DNA of 64,000 nucleotides, from assembly GCA_028534125.1 (NCBI GenBank), contig CM052817.1:105588001-105652000 (forward strand), given 5' to 3'. This DNA comes from Lama glama. Lineage: Eukaryota. Shown here piece after piece: positions 53,186 to 64,000 of this stretch (positions within the stretch are counted from its first letter, which is position 1; every line of letters begins with the position of its first letter). Under the pieces are notes generated by a model, which worked only from the letters and a program-made list of their open reading frames with translations, did no database searches and was not told where the DNA came from. A program made the position numbers and the translations under genes.

Positions 53186-53748
53186 GTCATTGGTCAGAGT
53201 CTAATAAACAGAGAAATTTATGATGATGTAAATGGGACCCCGACGCTACAACAATCAAAACAGGGGGTTACTGGCATAGGACAGACATAAAGATCCACGG
53301 GGCAGAATGGAGCGCATTGGAGGTGGGACATGGATGTGGAGTGGGGAAGAACAAGGCGGATGACGCACCGGGAGCATCAGCGGGGACCCACGACATGGTC
53401 TGGTACCCAGGTGACTGCCTCCGCCCTTGGTGGAGTGAGTGTCCCGAGATTGAACAGACCAGATGCTCACTACGCCCAGGAGCGGATGGAGGCGATGGGA
53501 GCTGAGCAGCGGAGGCAGCTGCTGCCCCACACCAGCCACGCAGGCGCCAGACCAGCGAGCTGAGGGTCACACAGCGCCTCCCGCGACACTCAGACTGGGC
53601 TTTGCTTTACTTCCACCCACCAAATCTCGGACAGAATCAGAATTAAATCAATTCTTATGACACATCTAGCTGGAAACACATAAGAGAGGGGATTCTTGGG
53701 AATGAAATTCAGCCCAGCCAAGTTGAGACAAGACAAAGCCACTCTCAT
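53186..53748 (-). mobile_element. MLT2-type (ERVL) LTR, unusually CpG-rich
   Basis: Right end GGGATTCTTGGGAATGAAATTCAGCCCAGCCAAGTTGAGACAAGACAAAGCCAC resembles the reverse complement of the MLT2 5' end. Confidence 0.6.
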
Positions 53749-53959
53749 TATTAATTACTATTATTATCTTACTCTTTCTTCACACAAATGATAACTCACT
53801 GTTCTTTCTTATTTTCCTTTTTCCCTCTGTATTTTCTGAGTTATTCTCATCCCATAAAACTAACTTTTTTCAAATGCACAGTTGAGTGTATTCGGAGAAT
53901 GTGACCAGAATGGTACAACCATCATCCTTAATACAGGTTTTTAAAAAGGAATTGGTGAG

Positions 53960-54420
53960 GTATAAAATTTGAGAGTCGAGTGGCAGACCAGATAATGAAG
54001 GACATTTCATGTTAAGCAGTTGAATTTTATTCTGGAAAAAAAAAGAGGGCGGTGTAATAAAAGATTACAAATAGATTAGATGCAACATCCATCTTTCAAT
54101 TTAAAAATAATTTGGCTGTTATGAGGAGAATGGGTTTGTGCAGGACGATGGGGAAGAGGGCCAGTGAACAGATTTTGCGTTCACAAAGGCTAGAAGGAGT
54201 GAAGTTCTAAATGTAGAAATATCAGAAACTTAAGGTAGAAAGAGGGGATAAAAAATTATGAATAAACGTGTGTAGTAAATAATTATATTGTGAATTGGTT
54301 TGAAGATTAGCTAATGAGTTAGAGGGACAAGTCACAGATGACTCCCAGTTCTCTAATTTGTCTAGATATATGGTGATGACATTATTTGCAAATAAACTTA
54401 TAGAAAGCATACGGTTTTTG
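53960..54420 (-). mobile_element. LINE-2 fragment
   Basis: AGTTGAATTTTATTCTG...TTGGCTGTTATGAGGAGAATGG...GATGACTCCCAGTT motifs. Confidence 0.55.
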
Positions 54421-54754
54421 AGTAGAACATCCCATTAGTTTGAGCGATAATCCATTATTAGTTGTTGGGAGCAGCATCCACTGCTAACAGTATGGACAAC
54501 CAACAACTCTCCTGCCTCACCAGGACCCTCATTAGCAGTGAGAGACATCAGGTGTGGTCTCAGGGAAGCAGAACTCTTATGGATGGAGAGGGCGTGGAGG
54601 GACCAGGAACACAGGGTTGCCTGAAAAAGGCAAAATGGCATTCTGATGTTTCCAATGGGATAACAAATTTCCTTTGAGGGACTCAGGGAAGACTTTCTCC
54701 ATGACTGAAATGAATCACGTTTGATTGAAAGTGGATCAGCATTTTAGTCAAACA

Positions 54755-56590
54755 TTTTATTTTTGAGCTATCTATAGTTTCTTATGCAGTTTTAAGAGGC
54801 CGTGCAGAAAGAGCCTTTGAACCCTTTCCCCATTTTCTCCCATTGGTAACATGTTGCAACACTGTGGTACAAATAAGAACCAGGATGTTGACACCGATAC
54901 AGTAAACATACAGAACAGTTGCATCATCAGGAGGATCCCTAATGTTACTCTTTTAAAGCCATGCCCCCTTCTCTCCTGCCCCTACCCCCTCATTAACCTC
55001 TGATAACTACTGACCTATTTTCCCTTTTCTATAATTTATTTCAAGCATGTTATATAAATGGAATAATACTGTATATATACTTTTTGGACTGGGTTTTTTC
55101 CCCACGTGGCACAATTATTTGTAGATTTATCTCTGTTGTTGTGTGTATCAATAGTTTGTTCTTTTTAACTGCTGAATAGTAGTCCATAGTACACATTAAC
55201 CATTCACTCTGTTGAAGGACATCTAGGCTGATTCCAGCTCTTGTCTGTTACAAATAAAGCTGTAAAAAATATTCCTTCATGGGTTTTTATGTGAACATAA
55301 ATTTCATTTCACTGAGACAAACACTCAGACATTTATTGTTAAGTCACATTGTAGTTGGATGTTTAGATTTTTTTTATTAGAAACTGACAGTTCCCACACC
55401 ATTGTGCATTCTCACTAGCAATGTATGAGTAATTTAATTTCTCTGCATCCTTACCAGTATTTGGCATTATTACTGGTTTTATTTTACTCATGTTGATAGG
55501 TGTGCAATGATATCCTGTTGTCGTATTAATTTGCAATTACCTGAAGGCTAATGAAGCCAAACATCTTTTCATCTGATTATTTGTCATCTGCCATCATGTT
55601 CAGCAAAATGTCCTCTCATGTCTTTTGCTCAGTTTCTGACTGGACTGTTACCCCTAGGAGGGGAAAAGCCCCAGTTCCTGTCCTACCTGAAAGAGAAGAA
55701 TTCAGACCTGAGACAAAAGTGTTCGGTAAATAAAGAGTTTATTAGCAAAGTGAAAGTACACCTCTGAGGGCTGCAGGCAGGCTGGCCCAAGAGAGAAAAA
55801 GCAGCAGCTCCCCGAGTCCCTGTTTCTTTTGTGAGGTTGCCTAGGGGCTGTCTTAAGGTAATTTGATAGTTGATACCATTTGAGTGGCAAGTGTAGGTTA
55901 TGTAGCCTTTCCCGTGTTGCTCCTGTCCGTTCTCATACTGCACACAGAAAGCCCACAGTGGGGAGGGGCCCAACCACAACGCGAATTCCATTATAACGAG
56001 CACTTGGTCATGTCATGTGGGGTCCTCCTCTCTACCGTGCAGGTGCAGCTGTCTGGTTCTACTGGCTTCTGGCCAGCACTCATTCAGAGAAAGTAAACTC
56101 TTTGAAGCCCCTTATTCTGAGGTCAGGTGTACCATTATCTTCTGGATGGTTCCCTCCCCTTTCCACTCCCCTTGTCCGAAGCCCCTACCTCTCTAACTGC
56201 CTAACAGGTCTACTCTTTTGTTTGGTGGTTTGTTTGTTCCAACTGTTGATTTTTGATAGTTCTTCTCAATACTAGTCTTCTGTCATATGTCTGGTTTGTA
56301 AATATTTTCTCCCACTCTGCAGCTTGTCATTTGATATACTTCACAGCGTCTTTGTCCCAGAGTCAAAATTTTTAATTTTGGTAAAGTCCAGTTGATCTGT
56401 TTGTTCTTTTATGGGTAGAGCTTTTGGGAGTCCAGACGAAGAATTCTCTGCTGAGTCCTAGATACTGACCTTTTTTTTTTAACCTATGTATTTTCTGATA
56501 AGTTTTATAGTTTTACATTCTGCATTTAAGTTTATAACCCATTTTTAGTTAGTTTTTGTGTGAGGTGTGATATGTAAGTCAACAACAATT
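54755..56590 (-). mobile_element. L1MC-like 3' region interrupted by a solo LTR
   Basis: AACCAGGATGTTGACACCGATACAGT 3'UTR motif; antisense ORF2 C-terminal sequence on both sides of the LTR. Confidence 0.8.
55646..56206 (-). mobile_element. ERV1-class solo LTR related to 36874-37423
   Basis: TGTTA...TAACA termini; TSD GGAC/GGTC (55642-55645, 56207-56210); shared motifs CCCCAGTTC, TGCACACAGAAA and GAGCACT(T/G)GGTCATGTC; minus-strand AATAAA at 55738-55743. Confidence 0.88.
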
Positions 56591-57399
56591 TTATGGCAGA
56601 AGATAATACATAATTTCTCTTCCATGAATGGAGGAGAAATAGAAGCTTCCATCCATGAGTGTGTCCACATGAGGAGCAGGTGATGGGAGGGGGGACATAA
56701 GTCCATGCAATTACAAATCAGACCACTTCTACTTATGGTCACATATTTACCGCTGCCTGGGACAAGCGGGAGATCTCTAAATTCTAATCCCTAAGTAGGC
56801 CAGGAGAATAAAAGAATTCTCAGCCCTGCCATGGGATTGAGTCAGAGATTTTGCTGGTCCTCATACACTATGTCTAGGTTTGAGTGGATGTAGAGAGCAA
56901 AAAAGAAACGAGGAAGCAAAGACATTCTCAAGCTCTATTTAGGACGGAGATGTTCTCATATCTTGAGTTAGGAGTAGCTGTTTTCTAATTCTTGGATACA
57001 ACTTGAGAAATAAGGTTTTCCTATGACAGTTAAAGATAAGAATATCACAATAGTGCAGTTGAAGAGGAAGGAATACAAAGGAACTTATAAGAAAAGTCAG
57101 AAAAAAACAGGAAATAGCAACAGTGTTTAATATGTTATAAGAATAAAACAATATGAAAATATTAAAACAAGTATGTTTATCACAATTGATTTATGTGGGC
57201 TGAATTTTTGCTTCACATCAAAAAACTTAAGTACAAAAAATTTGCTGCGTAATACTTGCAAAAACACATGAAAGTATATTGTTAATGAAGTCAATATATG
57301 TATAGAAAATAAATGAAATGGAATCACAGGTAGTATGTTTATATTAGCTGAAGTTTTGTTTATACTAAATCCACTGGGTGGGATAAAGAAAAAAGTGTT

Positions 57400-59280
57400 T
57401 CCTGATAGTAAAGAACACATGAAGATCAAGTAAGAGTCAAAATATTTTAAGAACCCAACAGAAAGAATAAAATTGCATCAAGCAAAATATATCCTGATAA
57501 AACTGTAACAAGAGGATTTTAATGTATACTTATAAAATAATTTCACAGATAAACTAAATAAAATCTAAGCAAAAATTTTTTATAACTCAGTGAGTATGTT
57601 TGAGATATTATGTTTAGATTATAGGCAGATTGATGGCTGGATGGCCATAGCATTAATGTTGTCCTTCTATTTTTCTTTTTAAAGTGTTATATTTGATCAC
57701 AATAAGAGTAGTTTAAAAAAAATCTTGTAAGAATAGATGCTGAAAGTATCTGATCAAATTAAAACACCGTTCTGAAAAGTTCTCAATTAGATATCAAGGC
57801 AATCAGACTATACTTTTACAATGCTTATTTTTAGAATACTGATACCATAAAGGACATCCTTTTGCCATGTTAAATGGTTTTCTTTAACACTGAAACAAGA
57901 CAAGGCTATAATTTATCATCCCTCTGTACCACTATTTAAATTGTTCTGGAGTTGAAATACATGCATATTACAAAATAGACAACTTTTAATATATATTTGT
58001 GGATGGTATGATGGCTTATCTCTGAAACCCAAGAGATCAAAATCTAAAGATATTTTAACTAAAAGAAAACTAGAAATCAGCCAATAACCATGTATGAATA
58101 GTTAGAAACCCCACATTTTCCCTTAGGAGCATGAAGAGTAAATGTTCAAGAAAAAAAATAGCAGGAAGAATTCACATTCTAATTTAAGGCAAGCATAAAA
58201 TGTTATTGAAGGGATTAAAAATAATGTAAAGAAATTAGAGACAATAATAATAAAATAAATATAATAGTAATAAAATAATGTAAAGAAAAATAATAAAGAA
58301 AGCAAAATACCGTCTTCCTTGATTAGGAGATATCATGTGATAAAATCATGACACCTTCTTTAATGATAAGTTTAAAGCCATTTCAGCCTGAATTCCAAAG
58401 GGTTTGTCTCTCCCATTTTCCTCTTTCTTTCTTTCTTCTTCCCTTCCTCTCTGCATGTTCTACTTTTTTATCTTTTTGCCGCCACCCTTTCTTCCAATTA
58501 AAGAATAAATGTGGAAAAATTACTAAAAACAAAAAACCTAATAAAATGAACACTAGTGGGAGGGAATGTGTTATAAAGAATATTAAAACTTATTTTAAAG
58601 CTACATTAACCAAAGTTTATGATATAGATTCCTCAGATGGATAGAATTCCAGAAAGACATGCAGTCGGTTAAGGTGTAAAATCATTTTATATATGAACAT
58701 ATATATGTGCATAAATGTGATGTATCAAATAAAAATCAACATATAAAATGCATGATGAAAATGTATTTAGCAATTAAAGCACGATTATATATGCTGTATT
58801 ATAAAAAATACAAAATTCTGGAGGATATATTGCTTTATTCTTAATATAAAAATAATAATACTGAAAGAAAATTATTTTGCTTTCCATGTTAAAAAAGTTT
58901 TTTTTAATCTATCTGAAGGGAAGGTTTGAGCTCAGTGGTAGAGTGCCCGCTTAGCATGAATGAGGTCCTGAGTTCAATCTCTGGTACCTCCATTAAAAAA
59001 TAAATATATAAATAAACCTAATGACCTCCCCAACAAAAAAAAATTCTTTAAAATTTTAATTTAAAAAAACCCTAAAAATTGGATTGTAAACTACTAGATT
59101 GTAATCTAATCTTAAATATAATTGTGTTAAAAAGAAAAATAAATACTAGGAGTTAATTATTGAGGAAAATATTTCTATAACTGTGGATGGTGGTGTGTGT
59201 GTGAGCATTTCTGTAAGCAAGACAAGAAATCTAGTAGTAAAAGGGATGTCTGATGGGTTACATTAAATTAAAAGATTCTG
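57400..59280 (+). mobile_element. Very degenerate old L1 ORF2 (L1ME-like)
   Basis: A-rich; ATAGATGCTGAAA (IDAE), GAAACAAGACAAGG (TRQG), TATTTGTGGATGGTATGAT (FADDM-like), TTAAAGCTACA. Confidence 0.6.
58918..59043 (+). mobile_element. Vic-1-type SINE, copy 2
   Basis: GCTCAGTGGTAGAGTG..GCTTAGCATG..TGAGGTCCTGAGTTCAATC..GTACCTCCA plus AAACCTAATGACCTCCCC and an A-tail. Confidence 0.88.
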
Positions 59281-59599
59281 GTTTTTTTTTTTTTTTTGAA
59301 CAGATAATGCTGGATTACTGTGCTAACATTTTGTGGGAATCTGTTCTCAAAACTAACCAATGAGAGGGTCCATTTTCCACAAATTTAAATGGATGTTATG
59401 AATCATTTTAATTTGGCAAATGATTTTCATTTTAAATAAATTCAATGTTATTGATTACTACATGGGTAAGGATATTTTTATATACTCATTAGACACTTTG
59501 ATTCCTTCTATGAGTGGCTTGTTCATAGACTTTACCCTTGATTGTGCCGTAAATGTGTTATGTAGTCTATTTATTTTAAATAATCACAATTCATTATGT

Positions 59600-59725
59600 T
59601 TATTTTGTATTGAAGTGAAGTGTCATTGATTTTACAATGTAAGTTTCAGATGTACAGGAAAGCAATTCAGTTATACATATAGATACAAACACATGTAAAT
59701 TTTCTTTTCAGATTCTTTTCCATTA
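59600..59725 (-). mobile_element. Short L1 3' end inserted in a MIR (MIR continues about 59726-59830)
   Basis: TATTGAAGT...TTTACAATGTAAGTTTCAGATGTACAG...CAGATTCTTTTCCATTA, followed by the MIR core TTTTCAGATGAAGAAGC. Confidence 0.75.
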
Positions 59726-60815
59726 ACGTTCACTTTTCAGATGAAGAAGCAGGCACTGAAAGGGTTGGAGTAAGTCTTTCAAAGTCACATAGCTAGCTAG
59801 TTTCAGGTTATGATCTAAAATCTGCCTCTTGAGTAATTCTGTTTGATGCAAAATATTTTATACTTTGTAGTTTTACAATATTCTTAAAATTCTTTAATTT
59901 CTTACCCGAATGTTGAAAAAAGATAAGGCTAGCTGGAGTAATAAGTATAAGAAAAGTTATAAACAAACCTTCTAAAATTATATATATTTTTGCCACATAT
60001 TTTTATTATATTTAATGACATATGTTTTCCTTATCTTTTTAAGCTCTAACTAATGCAGTGTTTTTTTTTTTTCACTTCCAGTCACACACAAAAAAATCGC
60101 CTTTTGCAGGGTGTATATACATTTACTAGTTTCATGACTAATGGAGTGCAAATGTCATTGATGAAAAGCTTAGAAGATACACTTGATCTGTTTACAATTT
60201 TTTTAGACGCAGCTTTGAATCAATCTATTCGCATGTTGGATTTAGATTGGGTTATATTTTGCATCTTGAACCTTAAGCAAGTTGACATGGGCCTTGTTTT
60301 CATTTCCTTTTCTTTAGTTTTGATAGATATTGCTGATTAATTATAGCTTCCATTACTATTGAATTCATTCATGGATTTAGGCTACTACCCGTTTAGGTCT
60401 CTAAGAAGCCCCAGTCAATTGGTATTGACTACTGAAAGTATGTGCCGTTCCCCTCTGAAGCCCCCATCATTCTGTTTATAACAGGCAAGAAACATGATTT
60501 CCAGAAAGCAAAGTGTGCACGTTAAGACACGTAACATTTTCCTGCTAACTTATGTCTAGCAGTGGGCTTGGAACTGGCCGTACATTGTTTCCTTTAGTCC
60601 ATTTAATACTAGAAAGGGTTTCCAATTCTACAAATGGAGAAAGTGAGACTCAGAGAAATTGTGTATGTTTTCCTTTAGAGCATAGAGCAACAATAGAAAT
60701 GCATTCAACTTTTCAGGTTGGATGGCGTTACTCTAATATATTCACTGTACAGTCCCTGCCTCATATAATTAACTTGAGATCTCTTGACAAATTATTTGAA
60801 TTAAATATATACTAT

Positions 60816-61080
60816 TTTATGGTTTCCGGGGAAAGGGGATGGGAAGGGATAAATTTGGGAGTCTGAGATTTAGAAATGTTAGCCACTATATATAAAAATA
60901 GATTTGAAAAGAAAATTTCTTTTGTATAGCACAGGGAAATATGTTCAATATCTTGTAATAACATTTAAGGGAAAAAATATAAAACTGAATATATGTATGT
61001 ATATGCATGACTGGAACATTGTGCTGTACACCAGAAATGGACACATTGTAATTGACTGTGCCTCAAAAAAATAAATAAAT
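60816..61080 (+). mobile_element. 5'-truncated L1 3' end
   Basis: GGGAAGGGATAAATTTGGGAG...GTATAGCACAGGGAA...A-tail; TTAAATATATA at 60801-60811 and 61081-61091 is a probable TSD. Confidence 0.9.
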
Positions 61081-62214
61081 TTAAATATATATATATAAAA
61101 TCAAAGTAAATAAAGTCTAAAAAAAAAAAACTGCATCCCTCATGTGCCATGCATTAAACTTTATTTTTCTCATTAATTCTTGTTTTCTTTTTTTCATAGA
61201 TTTAGAAAAACAACATCCTGTTTATGATTGTCTTGAATGCCTCGGTTTTGTTTTCCTCTGTGTTTCAGAGAGCATTTCTGAAAATGCTGGCTTTTAATAA
61301 TTGAATTTGGGGATTAAAAGGGTAACTAAGTTTAAGGATTAGTAGAATAGACTTAGTTAATTAAACTGGGATGAACTGCTGTCCCTTTCAAAATAGCTTA
61401 AAAAATAGTGGTGTGTCACAGTACTGTAGGAAAACTAGGAAGACCTAATAATAATAAAAAAAAAATTTGAAAAGTTTATGACCGTAAGTGTGTTTCTGTT
61501 CATTTCTATTTTGCTTTCAAATGTTTGTTGCCTCCTCTACACTTTGACGAAGGCTGCGATCACGTGATCAGAGAGTTTTGTAATATTGACGAGAGGCAGT
61601 GTGAAAGTCATGAATATAAAAAGAGTGCTTAGGGACAAAGTTAAAGAGAAATTGATGGCTTTAATAATGTCAGAGACAAAAGGCACTGGGCAGGCTCAGT
61701 CGCATTTAAAATATTTATTAAACCCAGTCTGTAATTTTTCATAGGAAAGTTGCTTTAATGACAAAGGAAGTCGTAATACAAACAGCACAATCCAGAAACT
61801 GCTATGAGTCCGCGCTACTTCAGGGACATTCACATTCTTACCCTCAGGCTCTCCTAGAATCTTTTCTCACAGCGCAGCTGTGTGATTAATCTGCGGAAGA
61901 GCATTGGTAGAGTCCTTCAAAAGAATATGGGGTAATGACATCAAGGGAACGGAAAAGAAATAATCAGTGTCTTTTTGTTTCCATACCTCTGACCTGACCC
62001 TTCACCTTAAATTCACTTTTGTTTTCAGTCAGAATGCAGTCACTGTATTGGGTCAGTGATCTCTGTCTCCTAAGTCTAAACTCAGTCTTCCAAAGTACCC
62101 GGGGTGTGCATACTTTCTGGCAATCGTGCAGCAACTTCTAAAGAAAGATCGCAGAATGAAAGTTGCAGGATGAAAAAAGGCAGACTTTCATATTGTAATG
62201 ATGCATGTTTTTCC

Positions 62215-62350
62215 ATTAGATCCTTTCTAGATCTAATACTAGAAAGGATTTCATACTTTCTATTATGAAACGATTCTGTTAGATCTTTTAATAGACCTAA
62301 TTAAAAGGATTAGGATTCTTTTAATTAGAGAAGAATTCTATTAGATCTTT
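62215..62350. repeat. Array of overlapping inverted repeats with a roughly 62-bp direct period
   Basis: TTAGATC at 62216, 62279 and 62341; perfect stems of 8, 11, 7 and 11 bp (see findings). Confidence 0.8.
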
Positions 62351-64000
62351 CCTAATACTGAGAAGAACACTGGTTTATTCCAGTTCAATAAAGTTATTAT
62401 GGACTTTTGAGAAATATATCCATCAACCTTTAGTACCCAGTTTTGTATCTATTATTAAACACTTTATGGTTTTGAGCTAATAAATGTTTTTAACTGATTC
62501 TATATAGATTTCCAAATTTCCAGAGACATAATTATACTAATTATACTTTATTTTCTGTAAGTTGTCTATTTTTATTTTTAATTTAATATTGCATCAGAAT
62601 CACATTTTGATTTTTAATTTCTATAACCGTTAAAAATATCAGCTTTATGTATGTGTTCTTAAAGGAACTAGCCTTTCCATATGGAGTATTCAGTTATTTA
62701 CACTTTATGCTCTAATAACTGTTACATAAATTACAGTTTTATTATATTAGTTCAATTTAGTCACATGGTGGTATACTGTTTAACCGGGTAATAGAAAGAA
62801 ATAGTTCAGTTTCCTTGAGATGTGACGTCTACTTGAAATGATTTATTAATACTTCTCCAAAATACTATAAATGCACTGGTAATTTATTTCCCTTTACAAT
62901 TTAAAACACGATTTTTCAAGGATCTTAAATACACCTTATCTATTACTACATGAAGCCTTATTCAGAATTTATATTTAGATTCCAAGTAGCCACATACCAG
63001 TAGACACTTCACTGGGGACATTTATTTTGTGATCAGTACCAGATAAGACGATTAAGGCCAGTTGTTTCCAGTGTTCCCTTTGGCTAATTTCAAAACCCAA
63101 ACTCCACACTCAGTCATGTTAATAAGTAAGTGTGAACATGTGAGAGATGCAGAGAAGATGTTGTTAGCACATCATGCTTCATGCAGAAGTTGCTCAATAA
63201 ATATTTGTAAATTATTCTCTTAAAACTCAAAATAAGCAAATCTGATTGTATACTTTCCTTAAATTTTATTCATGAACAAAATTCATATAGTTAGACCTTC
63301 TTGTATATCTTCCATTTTAAGTCACAGACATTTACTGAGTTATATTTAGAGAATAAAATTGAATCATATGTAGTCTCAACCATTCAATGTGTTTGTAATA
63401 GTATATTATTAAATACTGATATTATTTGACTTTAATAGTATATCAAATATTTTTCAAATAAAGTCAACCATTTAAATTGCTGAGATATTTTAATAAGACA
63501 TCAAATATCATTTGGGAAATTAAGAAATTTTCAGCAAATAGACACTTTTAAATATTAGCTTTTGTTTAAAATAAGAAGAGCTTTACTTAAAGATCTTTAT
63601 GAACGCCACTTGGGTTCTAAATCCAATGTAGAAACCCTCTGCTGGTCCTTACAGTTTCTGTTTTTAATGCACTGCCAATTGGAAGAAAAGATAAGTTCAT
63701 GGAGTGCACTTCCTAACTAAGAACGACTGTAACAATTGGCTTGAAACGTTCTCTGGAGGATTATTGACTTTTTAATTCAGGCTGCCATCAATCCCCATTT
63801 ATATTTCATAATATGTATCCTGGGAAAAATAAGCTACGTTTAAATGTGTGGCTTGTCACTGAGGTTAAACATTGTTGTGCCAATCACTTATCCATCAATG
63901 TGATGTGAATTCAGAGATTCTTTTTGGACCATCATTTGATACTAGCACACTGAATGAGAAGCATGTCGCATGAGAGTATTATTATTTTTCCAAATTATTT

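Noticed and set aside
53255..53660. Overlapping ORFs in the GC-rich patch
   Set aside because: Explained by base composition within an LTR remnant; no recognisable protein or exon structure.

Overview
AT-rich mammalian genomic DNA, very probably camelid (two Vic-1-type tRNA-derived SINEs). The window lies inside the FSTL5 gene on the + strand. One 121-bp coding exon (45496-45616, Ig-like domain) is visible; it is not in the ORF track. The rest is intron. The intron holds a full-length, disabled processed pseudogene of calponin-3 (CNN3; about 23071-24802) with poly(A) and a target-site duplication, many L1 pieces (two with large internal deletions), five antisense ERV1-type solo LTRs, older MaLR/ERVL LTRs, L2, MIR and MER DNA-transposon relics, and a 500-N scaffold gap. 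I see no support for a new multi-gene system. The most unusual unexplained signals are a motif-dense, CpG-rich candidate regulatory element (about 52740-53630) and a chain of overlapping inverted repeats (about 62215-62350). Repeat family names and reference-protein comparisons come from memory of consensus sequences, not from a database search; boundaries of old repeats are approximate.
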